A stretch of 64,000 bases of DNA from Candidatus Bathyarchaeota archaeon. GTDB lineage: Archaea; Thermoproteota; Bathyarchaeia; Bathyarchaeales; Bathycorpusculaceae. Below the pieces are notes generated by a model that had not been told where the DNA came from, made no database searches, and saw only the letters and a program-made list of their open reading frames with translations. The stretch lies in the NCBI GenBank assembly GCA_963832745.1, contig CAWHVC010000005.1:448001-512000 (forward strand), written 5' to 3'. A program made the translations under genes and the position numbers. Positions within the stretch are counted from its first letter, which is position 1; each line of letters begins with the position of its first letter. Of this stretch, positions 18,732 through 27,515 are shown in pieces.

Positions 18732-19281
18732 CAAACCACCTAATTTTACCATTTTTTCTTATAAAAGCCGAATCATCAATTTCGAAACCACGTTTCTTAC
18801 AGTAACTTTCGAAGTCGGCTATCCCCAGAAAATGCAAGTTAGGCGTATCATACCATTCGTAAGGCAAAGCGTTAGTTACTGGTACACGTCCTTTAAAGAA
18901 AATCTGTAACCGAGCAGACAGGTCTACAAAGTTAGGAAACCCCACAATAACTTTTCTGCCCACTCGGAGGGCTTCTTTTAGGGCAAAATCTGGTTTTTTT
19001 ACTTGCTGAAACGTCTGATTCAAAATAACGTAATCAAAACTTTTGTCAGCATACTCGGATAAGCCAGTGTCGATGTCTTGCTGGAAAACGTTAAGCCCCT
19101 CTGCAACGCATTTTTGTACTGCTTGGTCGCTAAGTTCTATGCCTTGAGCATGGACAACTTTTTCGTTGACGAGTTGGCTTAAGAGTTCACCGTCGCCGCA
19201 GCCTAAATCAAGAACAGATGCTCCGCTGTTTATCCAGTCCTTGATAATTTGGTGTTCCAGTCTCCTGTTTTTTTGACTCAT
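18688..19281 (-). CDS. metW: Methionine biosynthesis protein MetW
   Basis: [31 protein letters not shown]; downstream of metX. Confidence 0.93.
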   Translation of the reverse strand: MSQKNRRLEHQIIKDWINSGASVLDLGCGDGELLSQLVNEKVVHAQGIELSDQAVQKCVAEGLNVFQQDIDTGLSEYADKSFDYVILNQTFQQVKKPDFALKEALRVGRKVIVGFPNFVDLSARLQIFFKGRVPVTNALPYEWYDTPNLHFLGIADFESYCKKRGFEIDDSAFIRKNGKIRWFVNLFADLGLFLLSA

Positions 19282-20390
19282 AGATGGGTGCCTCCGTTTC
19301 CGTTTGCTTTTTCTACGCCATAAAGAAAAATTGAAATTAGTTCGGTTTCCCGTTCAATTTCGAGCAAAAATGCGTCATGCCCGTATGTGCTGGTGATTTC
19401 ACAGTAGCTTGCTTCTACGCCGGCAAGTTTACAGGCTTTCACGATTTCCTGGGACTGATACGCTGGGTACAACCAGTCTGATTTGAAGCTTAAGACGAGC
19501 ACTTTGGCTTTCAAGCCCCTAAAAACTTCGCTGACATTGTTTCCGTTAAGCAAATTAAAGTAATCAATTGCCTTAGTGAGGTATAGGTAGCTGTTGGCGT
19601 CGAAACGTTTTACGAAGCTGTCCCCGCGGTGACGCAGGTAACCTTCGACTTCAAAGTCTGCACCAAACCTGAAAGGATTCTTTTCAGTCTTAGTTTTTCT
19701 GCCGAACTTTTCAGCCATTGACGTGTCACTCATGTAAGTGATGTGACCAATCATTCTTGCTACTGCTAAGCCTTTGGCGGGGGGTGCTGCTTCATAGTAG
19801 TTGCCGTTTCGCCAGTCAGGGTCAGCCATTACAGCTTGGCGTCCAACTTCGTTGAAGGCGATTTGTTGAGGCGAATGTTTTAATGCCGTGGCTATGGGCA
19901 CTGCTGAACGGATTCGGTGTGGATAGCAAGCCATCCATTGTAGAACTTGCATGCCGCCCATTGAGCCCCCGATTACAGCAAGCAGTTTGTCGATTTCTAA
20001 ATGGTCAATCAGGTGGCGTTGGGCGTGGACTATGTCGCTGATTGTTATTGTTGGAAAGCTTAGACCATACGGTTTGCCAGTCTCCGGGTTGACTGACGAT
20101 GGCCCGGTTGAGCCTTTACATCCACCAAGCACGTTGCTGCAGATTACAAAGTACCTGTCTGTGTCTATGCCTTTGCCGGGACCAACGAGGTCACTCCACC
20201 ATCCGCCTTCGCCTGCCACGTGAGAGTCACCTGAAAAAGCATGCAAGATTAGGATGGCGTTGGATTTTTCAGCATTTAGTTTACCATAGGTTTCATACGC
20301 AAGAGTGATTGGCCCGAGTTTTTCGCCGGATTCTAAGGTAAACTCGTCTGGCGGTTTGGCAAAACTGTAGCGCCTGGTTTGGTTAGTCAT
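19278..20390 (-). CDS. metX: Homoserine O-acetyltransferase
   Basis: [15 protein letters not shown] nucleophile elbow, SDWLYP, YGHDAFL. Confidence 0.95.
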   Translation of the reverse strand: MTNQTRRYSFAKPPDEFTLESGEKLGPITLAYETYGKLNAEKSNAILILHAFSGDSHVAGEGGWWSDLVGPGKGIDTDRYFVICSNVLGGCKGSTGPSSVNPETGKPYGLSFPTITISDIVHAQRHLIDHLEIDKLLAVIGGSMGGMQVLQWMACYPHRIRSAVPIATALKHSPQQIAFNEVGRQAVMADPDWRNGNYYEAAPPAKGLAVARMIGHITYMSDTSMAEKFGRKTKTEKNPFRFGADFEVEGYLRHRGDSFVKRFDANSYLYLTKAIDYFNLLNGNNVSEVFRGLKAKVLVLSFKSDWLYPAYQSQEIVKACKLAGVEASYCEITSTYGHDAFLLEIERETELISIFLYGVEKANGNGGTHL

Positions 20391-20420
20391 CGTTGTAGCG
20401 TCCTCCGTTAGAAAAGGGTG

Positions 20421-21719
20421 TTAGGGTTTTGCTGAGGCTTTTAATGCTTGGTCAAGGTCCTTGATGATGTCGTCTGGGTCTTCGATGCCGATGGAGAGGC
20501 GGATGTAGTCTTCGGTTACGCCTGTTGCTTCCTGCTCATCCCTGGTTAACTGCTGATGAGTGGTTGAGGCGGGGTGCACGATTAGGCTTTTTGTGTCACC
20601 AATGTTTGCCAAGTGCGAGAACAGCTTTACGGATTCGATTAGTTTGCGTCCTGCTTCTTTGCCGCCTTTGATGCCAAAACCGACTAGACCGCCATAGTTA
20701 CCTTGCAGGTACTTTTCTGCTGTTTTGTGGTTAGGGTTATCGGGTAAGCCAGGGTAAACCACCCAGTTGACGAGTGGGTGCTGTTTTAGGAACTGGGCAA
20801 CTTTAAAGGCGTTTTCGGAGTGTTTGCGTTGGCGTAGGGGCAGGGTTTCTAAGCCTTGCAGGAAAAGCCAAGAATGGAAAGGGCTTAACGATGGACCAAG
20901 GTCACGAAGCAATTGCACACGCGCCTTGAATACGAATGCGACGTTTCCAAGCCCAGGGAAATCGCCAAAGGTTTCCCAGTATTTGACTCCGTGATAGCTG
21001 GGGTCTGGCTCAGTGAAATCAGGGAATTTACCGTTGGTATAGTCGAATTTGCCGCTGTCAACGATTACGCCGCCGATGCTTGTGCCATGACCGCCAATGT
21101 ATTTGGTCGCTGAAGCCACGGTGATGTCTGCGCCATAATCTATTGGACGCACAATGCCAATACCGACAGTGTTATCTACCACAAACGGAATACCTGCTTC
21201 ATGGGCGATTTTTGCGAGTGATTCAAAGTCGGGTACGTCGAGTTTGGGGTTGCCGATTGTTTCTGCATAGATGGCGCGGGTTTTTGGGGTTATTGCTTTT
21301 TTGAATTCCGCGGGGTTTTGCGAATTTACAAAAACTGTTTTGCGTCCAAGCTTAGCAAAGGTGTAGTGTAGTAGGCTGTAGGTTCCGCCGTAGAGGTTGT
21401 TGGCTGCAACGATTTCGTCTCCTACATCAGTGATTGTTAATAATGCAAGGGAAATGGCTGCTTGTCCTGACGCAACAGCCAAAGCGCCAGTGCCGCCCTC
21501 AATGGCTGCAACGCGTTTCTCGAAAACATCATTTGTTGGGTTAGTCATTCTTGTGTAAATATTGCCCAATTCTTTTAGGGCGAACAGGTTTGCCGCTTGT
21601 TCAGTGCTTTTGAAGACGTATGAGGTTGTTTGGTAGATTGGGACGGCTCGTGAACCTGTTGTGGGGTCGGGCGCTTCTTGGCCGGCGTGTACGGCTAATG
21701 TGTCAAGTTTTTTTGCCAT
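20421..21719 (-). CDS. metY: O-acetylhomoserine sulfhydrylase
   Basis: [29 protein letters not shown] (PLP lysine), [10 protein letters not shown]. True start is likely MAKKL at 21719, with GGAG SD. Confidence 0.95.
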   Translation of the reverse strand: MAKKLDTLAVHAGQEAPDPTTGSRAVPIYQTTSYVFKSTEQAANLFALKELGNIYTRMTNPTNDVFEKRVAAIEGGTGALAVASGQAAISLALLTITDVGDEIVAANNLYGGTYSLLHYTFAKLGRKTVFVNSQNPAEFKKAITPKTRAIYAETIGNPKLDVPDFESLAKIAHEAGIPFVVDNTVGIGIVRPIDYGADITVASATKYIGGHGTSIGGVIVDSGKFDYTNGKFPDFTEPDPSYHGVKYWETFGDFPGLGNVAFVFKARVQLLRDLGPSLSPFHSWLFLQGLETLPLRQRKHSENAFKVAQFLKQHPLVNWVVYPGLPDNPNHKTAEKYLQGNYGGLVGFGIKGGKEAGRKLIESVKLFSHLANIGDTKSLIVHPASTTHQQLTRDEQEATGVTEDYIRLSIGIEDPDDIIKDLDQALKASAKP

Positions 21720-21817
21720 TTTGTTTTGCTCCTTGTGTTTGTTGAAGCGTTGATGGATAACGGCGTTATATTGGTTCTTGACAAAAATATTCCAAAAAGA
21801 ATAAAAGGCAAGTTTAG

Positions 21818-21939
21818 TTACGAGACCTACCCCTATAGGTTTCTGCATACCATTTCTAACAGGCAGCAAATAGGTTGGTGACGAGCTACCCCCTCTACCG
21901 TTCCCGCATACAGTGGATATTAGGAACCAAATATACCGG
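21818..21939 (-). repeat. Dispersed element B, two tandem degenerate units
   Basis: Units begin TTACGAGACCTACCCC (21818) and TGACGAGCTACCCCC (21879). The reverse complement of 21830-21847 equals 41974-41991 exactly (18 nt). Confidence 0.8.
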
Positions 21940-21940
21940 C

Positions 21941-22597
21941 TTAGTTTTGTTGAGTGCCTGTTAAGTTAAGGGCAAACTTTACCATGTTTATGTCAGTTAA
22001 TGTATACTTGACGTTGATGCTTTCTTGTTCAGCGTTGATTAGTCCTGCCTTTTTTAGGTGATTCATCTGCCAAGTTAATGCTTGTGACGATATCCCCAAG
22101 CTTGCGGCGATGTCTCGGTGAAGCGTTGAAGGATTATGTGACAGAAATGCCAGAATTTGAGCTGCGGTTTGGTGTCTTGTAAGCGAAATTAGCGCCATCT
22201 CTTGCCCAGTGAAGACGCCTACTTGGAAGAAACGTTTGTTTTGACCATCATTGTAGCTTGTGATTAAGCCGTTGCGTTCAAGCACTTGAATTTGGTACTG
22301 CACGACGCCAACGGATAATTTTAAGCCGTCACATATTCCTCTGAAATGGATACCTGGAGTATTTTTGATGTAATTGTAAATTTCCAGTCGTGTTGGCTGA
22401 TCAAGTGGATGTGACGAATTGTTACATATGCCAGTTGCAGCTATAAGTGGAATTGAAGTAGTCAACCTTTCTAACTTGCCTGCATGTTGTACATCAAGTA
22501 ATGTTGGCGACATGTTTGAGGCGGAAGCTACTGAAGCAAAAGCAACAGACAAAGCCAGCGTTATAAGCAAAATGGTTAAGGCAGTTTTATGATTCAC
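21941..22597 (-). CDS. Double winged-helix regulator with N-terminal hydrophobic signal/anchor
   Basis: [31 protein letters not shown] and a second [22 protein letters not shown]. Confidence 0.85.
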   Translation of the reverse strand: MNHKTALTILLITLALSVAFASVASASNMSPTLLDVQHAGKLERLTTSIPLIAATGICNNSSHPLDQPTRLEIYNYIKNTPGIHFRGICDGLKLSVGVVQYQIQVLERNGLITSYNDGQNKRFFQVGVFTGQEMALISLTRHQTAAQILAFLSHNPSTLHRDIAASLGISSQALTWQMNHLKKAGLINAEQESINVKYTLTDINMVKFALNLTGTQQN

Positions 22598-22619
22598 TAT
22601 CTATCCCTGCAAACGTTTG

Positions 22620-22649
22620 GTTTACAGTTATTTATTATATTCTGTAAAC
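22620..22649. promoter_or_regulatory. Inverted repeat GTTTACAG...CTGTAAAC flanking a TATA-like core
   Basis: Perfect 8-bp arms around TTATTTATTATATT, between divergent genes. Confidence 0.5.
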
Positions 22650-22728
22650 GGGTGTACTAATGGTAAAATCTTGTACCATAAACCCTTTCTTAAAGAAGCG
22701 CTTAATACAAAAGAGGAGAAAAAGCAAT

Positions 22729-23097
22729 TTGTCTGAAACTCAGATCCAAAAGAAAAAACGCAAAAAACAACAACTCACATTGCTACAACAAGTAGAGGAA
22801 GAAACGGCAGTTCAAAACGCACAAGAAGTCATGGAAGCACTTGACGAACTGAAAAAACAGGGAAAACTTGCTGAAATCCAAGTTTGCCTTAAATGCAAAA
22901 GTCCCCGCATTGGAAGGGCAAAAAGTACAAGTGGAGACATGTGGGGGAACATGGGAATGCAACCGCCAAGCTATGAATGTCCAGACTGCGGCTGTCAAGA
23001 ACGCATCGTAATAAAAGCAACCAACAAGCCATTGACGGTAAAAGAAGTTGAGTTAATTAGGGAAGCCATGGATGAAGAAAACGAGGTGACAGAATAA
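22729..23097 (+). CDS. Hypothetical Zn-ribbon protein
   Basis: CLKCKS...YECPDCG; GAGGAG SD before TTG at 22729 (track start 22660). Confidence 0.7.
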   Translation: MSETQIQKKKRKKQQLTLLQQVEEETAVQNAQEVMEALDELKKQGKLAEIQVCLKCKSPRIGRAKSTSGDMWGNMGMQPPSYECPDCGCQERIVIKATNKPLTVKEVELIREAMDEENEVTE

Positions 23098-23116
23098 TCG
23101 CCCTTTTGGTTTCCGA

Positions 23117-23788
23117 TTAAACCTCGTATTGTGTTGGGTCTGTTATTCCTGCTTCCTTGAAGGCTTTTTTGCGGTTCACACAGGATTCGCATCTTCCGCA
23201 GTGTTTTTCACCGTCAAGGTAGCATGACCAAGTCAACTCTAAGGGTACACCAAATTCTGCGCCAGCTTGAAGTACCTCAGATTTTTTCTTGCCGCTAAAG
23301 GGTGCTAAAATTGTAATTTCTTGGTCAGTTCCTAGTTGAGCGGCTTTTTCAAAGGCTTGATAGAATTCACGTCGACAGTCTGGATAGAAAGGTTCGTCTG
23401 AACCATGTGCGCCATAAAAAATTTTGTTTGCGCCAACGGTGACTGCATAGGCTACGGCTGCAGATAGGAAAATGGCGTTACGGAAGGGTACGATTATTGG
23501 TGCAGTGAATTCGCTGGTTAAGGGGATGTCTCGGTTTATAAGTGCGGCTGTTCCGCTAAAGATGTCTTTTAATGCTGAAAGGTCGATGATTTTTGTGTTG
23601 GTGCCGAGTTTTTCTGCGATTTTTTGGGCTGCTTGAGTTTCTTTGACGGCGATTTGTCCGTACTTGAAGGTGATTGGGTAGATTTGGTAACCTTGAGTTT
23701 TTGCCCAGTAAGCAACCACGGCGGAGTCTGGTCCACCACTAAGAACAACTATGCATTTTTTAGTTTCGTTCATACAGTTTTGCCTCAC
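23117..23788 (-). CDS. queC: 7-cyano-7-deazaguanine (preQ0) synthase
   Basis: LSGGPDS PP-loop, VPFRNAIFL, YPDCR, TWSCY...CGRCESC. Confidence 0.96.
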   Translation of the reverse strand: MRQNCMNETKKCIVVLSGGPDSAVVAYWAKTQGYQIYPITFKYGQIAVKETQAAQKIAEKLGTNTKIIDLSALKDIFSGTAALINRDIPLTSEFTAPIIVPFRNAIFLSAAVAYAVTVGANKIFYGAHGSDEPFYPDCRREFYQAFEKAAQLGTDQEITILAPFSGKKKSEVLQAGAEFGVPLELTWSCYLDGEKHCGRCESCVNRKKAFKEAGITDPTQYEV

Positions 23789-24293
23789 TATTTTTTGTTT
23801 CTAACCCTATCCAATGTTGGATACCTGCTTTCTTTAGCAGTTTAAACAGTGGCCAACCGATTAGCACGCTTGCAACAATGTTTCCAAGGGCAATGTACAC
23901 TATAGTTTCAAGAAGTGGGTAACCGTACAGGAAAGACAGCATCCACCCCACGGTTGTACCAAGAACGGCTGAGTAAGCGATGCAGGTTCCGATAACTGTG
24001 TAGTCATTGTTGGTTTTTTTGTAAATGTAGTATACTGCAAACGCCATCACAAAAGAGGGTATGGTGTTTAGCAAATCGATAAGGCCAGCTGGTGAAAAAA
24101 GGTTGGCGATAAAGACTCCCAAGGTGTGCCCCATGACGCCTGCAATTCCGAGCAGTGGCACTGCGGCAACAAGTGAGTCTGCTACTCGGACTTGAAGGGG
24201 TCCATAGGATAATCCTGGAAGAAAAAGTACTAACGCAGCATAAAGTGCGGCGTATACCGATATTAAAGCTAATGTTTTGGTTTTGTTTTGCAA
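23760..24293 (-). CDS. queT: QueT family 7-deazaguanine precursor transporter (ECF S component)
   Basis: AALYAAL...LSYGPLQVRVAD, GVFIANLFSP.GLID; overlaps queC. Confidence 0.9.
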   Translation of the reverse strand: MQNKTKTLALISVYAALYAALVLFLPGLSYGPLQVRVADSLVAAVPLLGIAGVMGHTLGVFIANLFSPAGLIDLLNTIPSFVMAFAVYYIYKKTNNDYTVIGTCIAYSAVLGTTVGWMLSFLYGYPLLETIVYIALGNIVASVLIGWPLFKLLKKAGIQHWIGLETKNSEAKLYERN

Positions 24294-24300
24294 TCGAAAT

Positions 24301-24358
24301 CCTCCCTACCCCGGGTTTTATACTTGGCGGAACGGGTGGGAGATTACTCACCCGCCAA
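24301..24358 (-). ncRNA. Candidate riboswitch (preQ0/preQ1-type translational pseudoknot) in the queT-queC leader
   Basis: UUGGCGG/CCGCCAA stem; loop UCUCCCACCC complementary to GGGUAGGGAGG (the SD region); A-rich linker UAUAAAA; competing hairpin CGGGUG/CACCCG. Confidence 0.6.
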
Positions 24359-24582
24359 TTGCAGACAGAAATCGTTGGGTTTCATAAAAAGGTTTGCCGG
24401 GGAAGTCGAGATTGGAATATTTCGGTTTCGGAAATACCACTTATAACTAAATTCGGTCATATTAAGAATCAAGAAGCGGCTTAGATAGAAAGGGGCTAAG
24501 CGGCAAAAGAGAAAGGGGAAGAAAAAGCTCGAGGGAGAGGGGAAGGCTTCCAAGAGGGAAGGAGAAAAGGAGAAGGCAAAAC

Positions 24583-24681
24583 ATGAAATGCCCATCGTGT
24601 GACTCAAAAATCAGTGTAGACATGAAAACCAAAGAATGCAGTTGCCACCAATGTGGCTGGCATAAAACTTTTGGCAAGTAA
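24583..24681 (+). CDS. 32-aa Zn-ribbon microprotein (not in the ORF track)
   Basis: MKCPSCDSKISVDMKTKECSCHQCGWHKTFGK*, with an AGGAG SD-like sequence upstream. Confidence 0.7.
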   Translation: MKCPSCDSKISVDMKTKECSCHQCGWHKTFGK

Positions 24682-24722
24682 GTCTACCCTTTTGGATTTT
24701 TTAATTAAATTTTTAAGTATCT

Positions 24723-25175
24723 TTGCGTTCACTGCTTTTGGTGAATATTTTGCAGTTTGAAGATTGCGTAAAATTTGCAAACGAGAACCCCTCAAGTTAT
24801 ATAGCTACTACGGAAGGCGACCAGCCAAGAGTACGCGGCATGCTAATGTGGTATGCAGACAAAACAGGCTTCTACTATAACACTGGAGCAGAAAAAGACC
24901 TCTACAAGCAACTCCAAGTTAACCCAAAAGTTGAGCTCTGCTTTTTTGACCCTAAAAGCCAAAATCTGCGTATGATGCGGGTTACTGGAAAAGTAGAGTT
25001 AGTAAGCGACCTTGCTGTTAAAAAGCGGCTTATCGAGGAGAGACCGTTTCTTAAACAGATGGGTTTAACCGCTGAAAGCCCCAGCCTAATTGTGTTACAT
25101 GTACCTAAAGGTGAAGCTTACTTCTGGACCATGGACACAAACATGCAGCCAAAAAATAAGATAACGTTTGGCTAA
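24723..25175 (+). CDS. Pyridoxamine 5'-phosphate oxidase-like FMN-binding protein
   Basis: YIATTEGDQPRVR, KDLYKQLQVNPKVELCF; true start is probably about 9 codons downstream. Confidence 0.88.
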   Translation: MRSLLLVNILQFEDCVKFANENPSSYIATTEGDQPRVRGMLMWYADKTGFYYNTGAEKDLYKQLQVNPKVELCFFDPKSQNLRMMRVTGKVELVSDLAVKKRLIEERPFLKQMGLTAESPSLIVLHVPKGEAYFWTMDTNMQPKNKITFG

Positions 25176-25693
25176 AACGTTTCTTGATGCACAAACTCGC
25201 TAACCTGTCTTCTTGGACGTTGAGCTGGCGATTCAGCAGGATACCCCACTGGAATCATCACAACTGGACGCATATCCTGAGGTGCATTAACCACTTTTTT
25301 AACATCATCTTCCTTGAAGGCACCAATCCAGCATGTGCCTAAGCCCAAACTACACGCGGTTAACAAGATGTTTTCGGTTACTGCTGCTGTGTCCTGAATG
25401 CAGTATAGGCTGCGTCCACGCTCAGCGTAGCTTTCCTGTGCTTTTTTGAGATCTGCACAAACAACAAAAACTATTGATGCTGTTTGCAGTTGTTTTTGAC
25501 CATAAGCCGCCTTGGACAAACGCTGTTTTTGCGCCTCTTGCCTGACAATAACCAGTTGGTACGATTGGGCGTTTCCAGCTGTAGGCGCCATGCGGGCGGC
25601 GTCAACAAGTTTTTCAACCATTTCTTCTGAGATAGCTTGGTTTGTGAATTGACGTATGCTTCTTCGGTTTTTAATCGCTTCAAAAAGTTCCAA
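25172..25693 (-). CDS. Nitroreductase family protein
   Basis: RRSIRQF, APTAGNAQ, LGLGTCWIG, PVGYP. Confidence 0.93.
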   Translation of the reverse strand: MELFEAIKNRRSIRQFTNQAISEEMVEKLVDAARMAPTAGNAQSYQLVIVRQEAQKQRLSKAAYGQKQLQTASIVFVVCADLKKAQESYAERGRSLYCIQDTAAVTENILLTACSLGLGTCWIGAFKEDDVKKVVNAPQDMRPVVMIPVGYPAESPAQRPRRQVSEFVHQETF

Positions 25694-25760
25694 CTTTTAA
25701 AACCCCTATTTTTATTGTATAGTTCGCCCGTAAAAGACTTATCTTCATACTGCACTTATT

Positions 25761-25837
25761 CATGCTTGGATGATGAGCCTAGAGTCACTGAGCAAAAAGC
25801 TGTGATATTGACTCGACGGGCGAACTGACAAAGCATG
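25761..25837 (+). ncRNA. Box C/D guide sRNA, predicted target 16S rRNA C1402-equivalent
   Basis: 7-bp terminal stem CATGCTT/AAGCATG; C box ATGATGA 25770-25776; D' CTGA 25788-25791; degenerate C' near 25802-25811; D CTGA 25825-25828; guide CGACGGGCG complementary to 16S CGCCCGUC(G). Confidence 0.85.
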
Positions 25838-25941
25838 CTGTTTGCGAGTTGGTAGCGGAAAATTTATCAGTGCAGCAGACATGAACAAGAGAGCTTAAAC
25901 ACGCAAAAATTGCGACGCCAGACAATCGAGGTGAAACATAT

Positions 25942-26226
25942 ATGGTTGAAATGAAAATTGACGCTAACGAAATCAAAGGCAAAAACGGTATGGTTCAAAA
26001 ATACGCTGACTTCCTTAAAGAAAAAACCAGCGCAGACGTAAGCACCGACTCAAACACTATCACAGTCAAAGGTGAAGGACCAGCAGTAGCTAAAAAATAT
26101 CTACGCATCCTGACTAAAAAGTTCCTACACAAATACGAATTAATCGACACTTACCGTGTAATTGCTGATGAAGGCGAAAACGCTCTACAAATTAAAGAAC
26201 GCAAACTATACGAAGAAGAAGATTAA
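25942..26226 (+). CDS. rpl22e: Ribosomal protein eL22 (L22e) homolog
   Basis: ADFLKEK...AKKYLRILTKKFLHKYELIDTYRVIA matches the eL22 signature KRYLKYLTKKYLKK..LRD.LRVVA; acidic tail; GAGGTGA SD. Confidence 0.88.
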   Translation: MVEMKIDANEIKGKNGMVQKYADFLKEKTSADVSTDSNTITVKGEGPAVAKKYLRILTKKFLHKYELIDTYRVIADEGENALQIKERKLYEEED

Positions 26227-26282
26227 ACACTTCTTTACCCTTTTAATACATTTTATAAAATTGAAACATTTTCCACATACCA

Positions 26283-27314
26283 TTAAAGTAGTGTTTGGAA
26301 AAGGTTCAACGGATACGTTGGCAAGGCGGGTCCAAGAAAAATTTCAGTGTCCTCAACACCATTAATTTTACGCATGTTTTCTTTAAATTTAAAAAGCTCT
26401 TGAAATTCCTGCAGGCTCAAAATTAAAGCCAAATCGTAAGGTCCAATTAGCCGCGTTGCAGCAAGCATGTTTGGCATGCACAAGACTTGATTGTAGATTT
26501 CTTGCACCTTACTTTTGTTGGCAACTTTTACAAAAGCAAAAGCGTGCGCGTTGTAACCCAACTTTTTAAGGTTAACAGTTACCGTTGAAAGCGTTAACAC
26601 GGTTCCCCTCAAACGCCTGTATCGTTGAATCACGTTTTTAGTCGAAATCCCAGTTTGTTCAGCAATTTTACGAAAAGTAGTTCTTGAATGCTGGGATAAT
26701 ATTTTCGCTATTTTGCGGTCCAATTCGTCCATTTCAACAGGAAGTTTAGTAGCGGGCACATTGTGTGGGGTGCTGGTTTGCTTTTTTTCGACGCCGTTGT
26801 TAAAGTTGATTACCAAGTTTTCTGGGTGGTCTGTGTTTGCAACTTCAGCCCAAATCATGGCGTCAACCTGCTTGATTAACTCGTTAGACTCTAAATCCTC
26901 CAAGATAGCGGCAAGTTCCTGCATGTCAACTAATGCCACTTTTGCCCTGATGTTATATTTTCCATAAACCCTGATTACATATTGAATGTATGTTCTGCTT
27001 TCAAGAAAAGACAATACTTTTTTTTCATCTTCAATGTTTGACAAAATTCCTATGTCACTTATGCATTTGTAGCCTAAGCTCTGAGGATTAACCTGCATTA
27101 TTTCACCGTTGATTACCCCTATCCGCCATAGTTTTTTGTACCGCATTCTAACGGCACCGACGGTGATGTTGCAGATTTTGGACAAATCTGTAAAGCTTGT
27201 CCTTGATTCCTTTAAAAGCTGGCGCAGGATCTTTGCGTCAGTTTCATCTATTCTAAGCCTCTCAGTCAAATTAATTACCTTTAAATTGTATTTCTTTGGG
27301 GCTTTTTGGAACAA
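26283..27314 (-). CDS. Tandem double Lrp/AsnC regulator
   Basis: Two D..D.KI...L....R..F HTH modules, each followed by a RAM domain (YGKYNI, IGPYDL). Confidence 0.9.
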   Translation of the reverse strand: MFQKAPKKYNLKVINLTERLRIDETDAKILRQLLKESRTSFTDLSKICNITVGAVRMRYKKLWRIGVINGEIMQVNPQSLGYKCISDIGILSNIEDEKKVLSFLESRTYIQYVIRVYGKYNIRAKVALVDMQELAAILEDLESNELIKQVDAMIWAEVANTDHPENLVINFNNGVEKKQTSTPHNVPATKLPVEMDELDRKIAKILSQHSRTTFRKIAEQTGISTKNVIQRYRRLRGTVLTLSTVTVNLKKLGYNAHAFAFVKVANKSKVQEIYNQVLCMPNMLAATRLIGPYDLALILSLQEFQELFKFKENMRKINGVEDTEIFLGPALPTYPLNLFQTLL

Positions 27315-27515
27315 CTGATTATTGTTCCATTATTACTTTTTATTTAAACAACTATCTACTGTTACTGTTTTTAAAACTTGCTAAAAGGTTATATGGCGAT
27401 TATTAAAAAAGCGACAAAAACCCTTTTTTATGTACATGGTGTAGACAGAAAAGCAAGAAAAAATAAAATAATTATCAAATTAGCGAATATTTTATATTAA
27501 AAAAATAGATGCCGC

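Noticed and set aside
21720-21869. N-terminal extension of MetY in the ORF track
   Set aside because: It runs through the promoter and repeat B; the SD and family N-terminus support a start at 21719.
21720-21940. SAM riboswitch upstream of metY
   Set aside because: No SAM-I core (AUCCAGAG...GCAACC...GUGC) is visible; the sequence belongs to repeat family B, which also occurs next to unrelated genes.
25777-25787. D' guide GCCTAGAGTCA as targeting a CUA-anticodon (Pyl) tRNA or the 23S peptidyl-transferase loop
   Set aside because: Only short partial complementarity can be argued without the host sequences, and the segment can pair internally with TGACTC.
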